A stretch of DNA of 64,000 nt, taken from contig CAWIKF010000002.1 in NCBI GenBank assembly GCA_963836755.1, forward strand, positions 1,728,001 to 1,792,000, read 5' to 3'. The position numbers were made by a program, and so were the translations under genes. Under the pieces are notes generated by a model. It saw only the letters and a list, made by a program, of their open reading frames with translations. It searched no databases and was not told where the DNA came from. Of this stretch, positions 59,907-64,000 are shown piece after piece. The first letter of the stretch is position 1, and each line of letters starts with the position of its first letter. This DNA comes from an uncultured Verrucomicrobiae bacterium (GTDB lineage Bacteria > Verrucomicrobiota > Verrucomicrobiia > Chthoniobacterales > Chthoniobacteraceae).

Positions 59907-59907
59907 T

Positions 59908-62121
59908 TTACAAGAGCTGGAAGGGATCGATGTCCACGGTGACGATGACTTCCTCGGGGAAGGTGAGTTTGTCCAGCACGTCGCGGACGGCGCGGGAAAG
60001 TTTCAGGATTGCCCGGGTGCGCAGCATGATTTGGAAGCGAAAGTTGCCGTGCGATTTCGCTAGCGGCGCTGGCACTGGCGCGCTCATTTCTGTGCCGGCC
60101 GGCACGGCATCTTGCAGGCGTCGCGCGAGTGTTTCGGCGGAAAATTGAGCGCGCGTTTCATGGGGCGACCGGATGTGGATGAGAGCCATGTGCGTGAACG
60201 GCGGGAATTTTCCCTGATCGCGAAACTCAATCTCCTGCTGCCAGAATCCCTCGAAATCGTGATGCCGCGCAAACTGGATCGCCGGATGAAATGGCGTAAA
60301 ACTTTGGACGAAGACTTCGCCCTCAGTTTCGCCGCGGCCGGCGCGCCCGGCGACCTGCGTGAGTAACTGAAACGTCCGCTCGCCCGCGCGAAAATCGGGC
60401 AGGTGCAGCGAGAGATCGGCGTTGATGATGCCGACCAGCGTGACGTTCGGAAAATGGAGGCCTTTCGCGATCATCTGCGTGCCGATGAGGATGTCGATTT
60501 TGCCGGCGCGAAAGGCGTTCAGCGTCTCGCGAAACGCATCCTTGCGCGACATCGTATCGGCATCCATGCGGCGAATCTGCGCGCCGGGGAAAAACTTTGC
60601 GACGGCCTCCTCGACCCGTTCGGTGCCCGTGCCGGAATATTTGATGCGCGGGTCGCCGCACTCCGGGCATTTCGCCGGCGCGACTGCCGTGTGACCGCAG
60701 ATGTGACAGATCATCCGATTGGCCGCGCGATGAAAAGTCAGCGCGAGCGAGCAGTTTGGGCATTCGCACACGTAGCCGCACTCGACGCAGATGAGCGACG
60801 TGGAAAAACCACGCCGATTCAAAAACAGAATTGACTGCTCGCGCTTTTCCAATCGCTCGCGAATGGCCGCGCACAGCCGATCGGAAAGGATCGTCGCCGA
60901 CTTTTGCTTCGTCGATTCGAGCCGCAAATCGATGATGCGAATGAGCGGCATTTTCTGGACATCGACGCGCTGGCGGAGATGGAGCAGCGTGTATTTTCCG
61001 CTCTGCGCGTTGTGATAACTCTCAATTGATGGCGTCGCGCTGCCGAGCAAAATGGCGCAATTTTCCAGGTTCGCGCGGAGCACCGCGACATCGCGCGCCT
61101 GATAACGCGGCGTTTCCTCTTGTTTATAGGATGTTTCATGCTCCTCATCGACCACGATCAGTCCGAGATTTTCCACCGGCGCGAAAATTGCGCTGCGCGC
61201 GCCGATGACGATCCGCGCGCGGCCGTCGTTGATTTTATGCCATTCATCGTGGCGCTCGCCGTGCGAAAGATGGCTGTGCAATACGGCGATTTCTTTTTGT
61301 GTGGAGGCGAAGCGCGACTTGAAACGCTCCACGGTTTGCGGCGTGAGCGAAATTTCCGGCACGAGAACGATCGCGGTTTTGCCGAGGTCGAGCACGAGCT
61401 GGATTGCCTGCAAATAAATTTCCGTTTTCCCGCTGCCCGTGACGCCGTGGAGCAGAATCGGCCGATGCCTTTCCGGCGCGAGAATTGCCTCGCGAACCTG
61501 CCCGAAAGCGGCGGCTTGTTCGGCGTTGAATTCCAATTGCGGCGCGTGGAGAAAAGTTTCGTCCTGGTGCGGATCGCGCTCGATTTTTTCGTCCTCGATC
61601 ACGACGAATCCGCGTTTTGAAAGTTGCTCGATTGCCTGTCGCGCGGCGGGCAGTTTCGCAAGAGCGACGGGTTGGCCAGCGGCTTTCAATTCGAGCAAAA
61701 CTTCGGCCTGTTTCGGCGCGCGCTTTTCGAGCTGAGCAATTTCTTCGTCGCTGATTTTACGCGCGAGCCGCGCAAATTTTCGTCGCAAATGCTCGACCTC
61801 ACCCTTGCGCACGACCTGCGGCAAAATGCTCCGCAGCGCGCCCTCGATCGAGCAGCAGTAATAATCGGCGATCCAGTGCCCGAGCTTGATGAGCAAAGGA
61901 TTGACGAGCGGTTTGCTGCCGATGATTTCCGAAATTTCGCGCACACCGGCGGCGTCTGTTTCGTCGCGCAGATCGACCACGGTCGCGAGCACGAGGCGCG
62001 TCCGCACGGGCACGCGCACGCGCGAACCGACGGCGATTTTTTCCACCATCGGCGCTGGAATTTCGTAGTCGAATGCGTGGCTGCCGCTTTGATCGACAAT
62101 GACACGCGCATACTTCGGCAT
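59908..62121 (-). CDS. priA: Primosomal protein N'
   Basis: GVTGSGKTE, PEISLT, DEEHE, LNRRGF, four CxxC pairs, QVAGRAGR. Confidence 0.98.
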   Translation of the reverse strand: MPKYARVIVDQSGSHAFDYEIPAPMVEKIAVGSRVRVPVRTRLVLATVVDLRDETDAAGVREISEIIGSKPLVNPLLIKLGHWIADYYCCSIEGALRSILPQVVRKGEVEHLRRKFARLARKISDEEIAQLEKRAPKQAEVLLELKAAGQPVALAKLPAARQAIEQLSKRGFVVIEDEKIERDPHQDETFLHAPQLEFNAEQAAAFGQVREAILAPERHRPILLHGVTGSGKTEIYLQAIQLVLDLGKTAIVLVPEISLTPQTVERFKSRFASTQKEIAVLHSHLSHGERHDEWHKINDGRARIVIGARSAIFAPVENLGLIVVDEEHETSYKQEETPRYQARDVAVLRANLENCAILLGSATPSIESYHNAQSGKYTLLHLRQRVDVQKMPLIRIIDLRLESTKQKSATILSDRLCAAIRERLEKREQSILFLNRRGFSTSLICVECGYVCECPNCSLALTFHRAANRMICHICGHTAVAPAKCPECGDPRIKYSGTGTERVEEAVAKFFPGAQIRRMDADTMSRKDAFRETLNAFRAGKIDILIGTQMIAKGLHFPNVTLVGIINADLSLHLPDFRAGERTFQLLTQVAGRAGRGETEGEVFVQSFTPFHPAIQFARHHDFEGFWQQEIEFRDQGKFPPFTHMALIHIRSPHETRAQFSAETLARRLQDAVPAGTEMSAPVPAPLAKSHGNFRFQIMLRTRAILKLSRAVRDVLDKLTFPEEVIVTVDIDPFQLL

Positions 62122-62194
62122 GCGCGAAACAATCCGTCCCGCGCTAGGATTTTGATAGCAGTTTTTCGCGAGCGCGCTTTTAGTGACGGCCACA

Positions 62195-62800
62195 ATGTTC
62201 GGGTGCCTGCGCAATTTTGTTTTGCTCGCGATCCTCGCCGCTGCGATCGCCGCTGGATGGGTGCTTTCGCGCTCGGCCGATCCGCTTTATGTGGCGGAGG
62301 AATGGGCGAATTATCCGCGCTTCAGCCGCTACGACAAATTGATCACCGAGATCAGCCGCAGACGCGGGCTCGACCCGATGCTCGTGAAGGCGATCATCTG
62401 GCGGGAGAGCAAATTTCAGCCCGACAAAGTTGGCAAAAACGGCGAGCGCGGCCTAATGCAAATCACCGAGCCTGCGGCGAGCGATTGGGCGAAGCAGAAC
62501 AAAATCGAGACCTTCGTGCCGACCGATCTTTTTTCGCCGAGGACGAACATCGAAGCCGGCACGTGGTATTTCAAAAAAGCGCTTCAGCGCTACGCACAAA
62601 AGGACGAGCCGATGACATTCGCGCTCGCCGAATACAACGCCGGCCGCCGCACGGTCGACAAATGGGTTGGGGACAGCAACATGGGCGCGCAGGCCACGGC
62701 CGAAGATCTCCGCGACAGCATTTCGTTTCCGGGAACGAAGAGTTACGTCGAAGCGATCTTAAAACGCTACCGCTTCTATAAACAGCGCGGACGGCTTTAG
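62195..62800 (+). CDS. Lytic transglycosylase, SLT domain
   Basis: AIIWRESKF, GLMQI, NIEAGTWY, AEYNAG. Confidence 0.92.
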   Translation: MFGCLRNFVLLAILAAAIAAGWVLSRSADPLYVAEEWANYPRFSRYDKLITEISRRRGLDPMLVKAIIWRESKFQPDKVGKNGERGLMQITEPAASDWAKQNKIETFVPTDLFSPRTNIEAGTWYFKKALQRYAQKDEPMTFALAEYNAGRRTVDKWVGDSNMGAQATAEDLRDSISFPGTKSYVEAILKRYRFYKQRGRL

Positions 62801-62811
62801 CGCTGCCGAGA

Positions 62812-62985
62812 CTACAAAACTTTTTTGCCCGCGAAAATCGCCAGTGCGAAAAGCACGAGGCAGATCACGAGAAAAATGCCGAACAGCACTTTCGCGATGG
62901 CTGCAGCTGCGCCGGCGACTCCGGTGAAGCCGAGCAATGCCGCGATCACCGCGATCACGAGGAATGTAAAGGCCCAAGATAACAT
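62812..62985 (-). CDS. DUF1328 (UPF0391) small membrane protein
   Basis: [43 protein letters not shown] ribosome-binding site upstream. Confidence 0.93.
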   Translation of the reverse strand: MLSWAFTFLVIAVIAALLGFTGVAGAAAAIAKVLFGIFLVICLVLFALAIFAGKKVL

Positions 62986-63064
62986 CTGTTTTCTCACCTC
63001 CTTTCGCCTGAAATATCGAAGCGCGGAGATGAAATGGGCGCAGCGTTTTTCGCCGCGAAATGTT

Positions 63065-63706
63065 TTAGAACTTTTTCTGCGAAGGCGCTGAGCCGCTCGC
63101 GGAGACGACGTTTGAAGCCGTGAGCGCTGTGCTTGGAACATTCGGCGCGAAGCCGCCGGCAAAATCGATCACGCACATGGAACCGAAGCGCGCGTGCCCC
63201 CCGCAGGCGATGCCGGCGAGCGTAAAGTCGGGGCTGAAAATATTTTTGCGATGGCCGCGCAAAGGCACGCCTTCATCGACGATGAGCGCAGCGACGATTT
63301 TCTTCGCATCGCTAAATCCGTAAGAAATGTTTTCGCCAGCTTTGCCGCTCCATTTGCCGAATTTCGCCATGCGATCCCAAGGCAGGCTGCGATCGCTGCC
63401 GGTGTGGCCGAGCGCGCCGCGCGAACCTTGATCCGATACGTGCGATTGCGCGCCGAGCATCAAGCCGTCAGAAAAATCGAGCGGCGGCAGCGGCTTTGCA
63501 TGAGTGAGAAAATCGACCGCTTCCTTCACGCAGCGAAGCGTCTCCGGACTGCGCGAGCCGTCCATGCGCTCGGTGAGCAGCAGCGCATATTGGTGCGGGC
63601 AGGTGCGCGCGAGATTGATTTCCTCGAGCACTTCAATCGAGGTTTCGTTTGCGCGGCTGATCTGGACAAAAGCGAACGCGCAGAGCAGGGGAAGAAGGAT
63701 TTTCAT
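63065..63706 (-). CDS. CAP/SCP domain secreted protein
   Basis: EINLAR, GHTGSD, GENISYG, GHRKNIF. Confidence 0.88.
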   Translation of the reverse strand: MKILLPLLCAFAFVQISRANETSIEVLEEINLARTCPHQYALLLTERMDGSRSPETLRCVKEAVDFLTHAKPLPPLDFSDGLMLGAQSHVSDQGSRGALGHTGSDRSLPWDRMAKFGKWSGKAGENISYGFSDAKKIVAALIVDEGVPLRGHRKNIFSPDFTLAGIACGGHARFGSMCVIDFAGGFAPNVPSTALTASNVVSASGSAPSQKKF

Positions 63707-63742
63707 CCCTTCCATGGAGCAGGGAAAATGCCAGCGACCGCC

Positions 63743-64000
63743 CTACAATTTAAACTTCGGGCATTGCGACAAAAATCGGCGTGGATTTTCAAACAGCAGC
63801 GCGTCGATCGTTTCCGGCGAATGGCCGCGGCGGCGCATTTCGACGGCGGTTTTCGGCACGGCGAGAGGATCGCTGTGGCCCCAGTCGCACGCGGAGTTGA
63901 GCCAGATATTTTCGCGGCCAAACGTTTCCACGATGTCGATCGCGCGCGCCGGCGTGCACTTTGATTCCGGATAAAGTGTCACGCCGGCCCAAAAGCCGGC
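63743..64000 (-). CDS. 3' part of a TatD-like metal-dependent hydrolase
   Basis: WAGVTLYP, NSACDWGHSDPLAVPK, ENPRRF; runs off the right edge. Confidence 0.75.
   Translation of the reverse strand, partial: AGFWAGVTLYPESKCTPARAIDIVETFGRENIWLNSACDWGHSDPLAVPKTAVEMRRRGHSPETIDALLFENPRRFLSQCPKFKL

Overview
GC-rich bacterial window. Gene content and style suggest Verrucomicrobia/Chthoniobacterales; this is an inference. Positions 1-38.2 kb and 59.9-64 kb are mostly housekeeping: queA, mnmA, cca, nfo, aguA/aguB, pdxA-surA-mfd, a sigma54 response regulator, uppS, purA, mutS and priA. Between the spinster-like MFS gene and priA lies a ~21.7 kb accessory island in two parts. (i) ~38.2-49.2 kb is an integron-type cassette array: short minus-strand ORFs, mostly secreted or membrane proteins, punctuated by at least 9 clear and about 6 eroded ~60 bp attC-like sites. 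No integron integrase is visible in the window (CALIN-like). The array includes mini-cassettes and a frameshifted toxin-antitoxin-like pair. (ii) ~49.3-59.9 kb holds a PepSY/COG4705/response regulator/GT87/histidine kinase module flanked on both sides by directly oriented 21-bp tandem repeats of one family, followed by DUF1003, a terminator-bearing leader, a YncE-like beta-propeller and a large LamG protein. Several single-base frameshifts (mnmA, DUF2254, DUF1003) may be sequencing errors. No tRNA, rRNA or CRISPR was seen.
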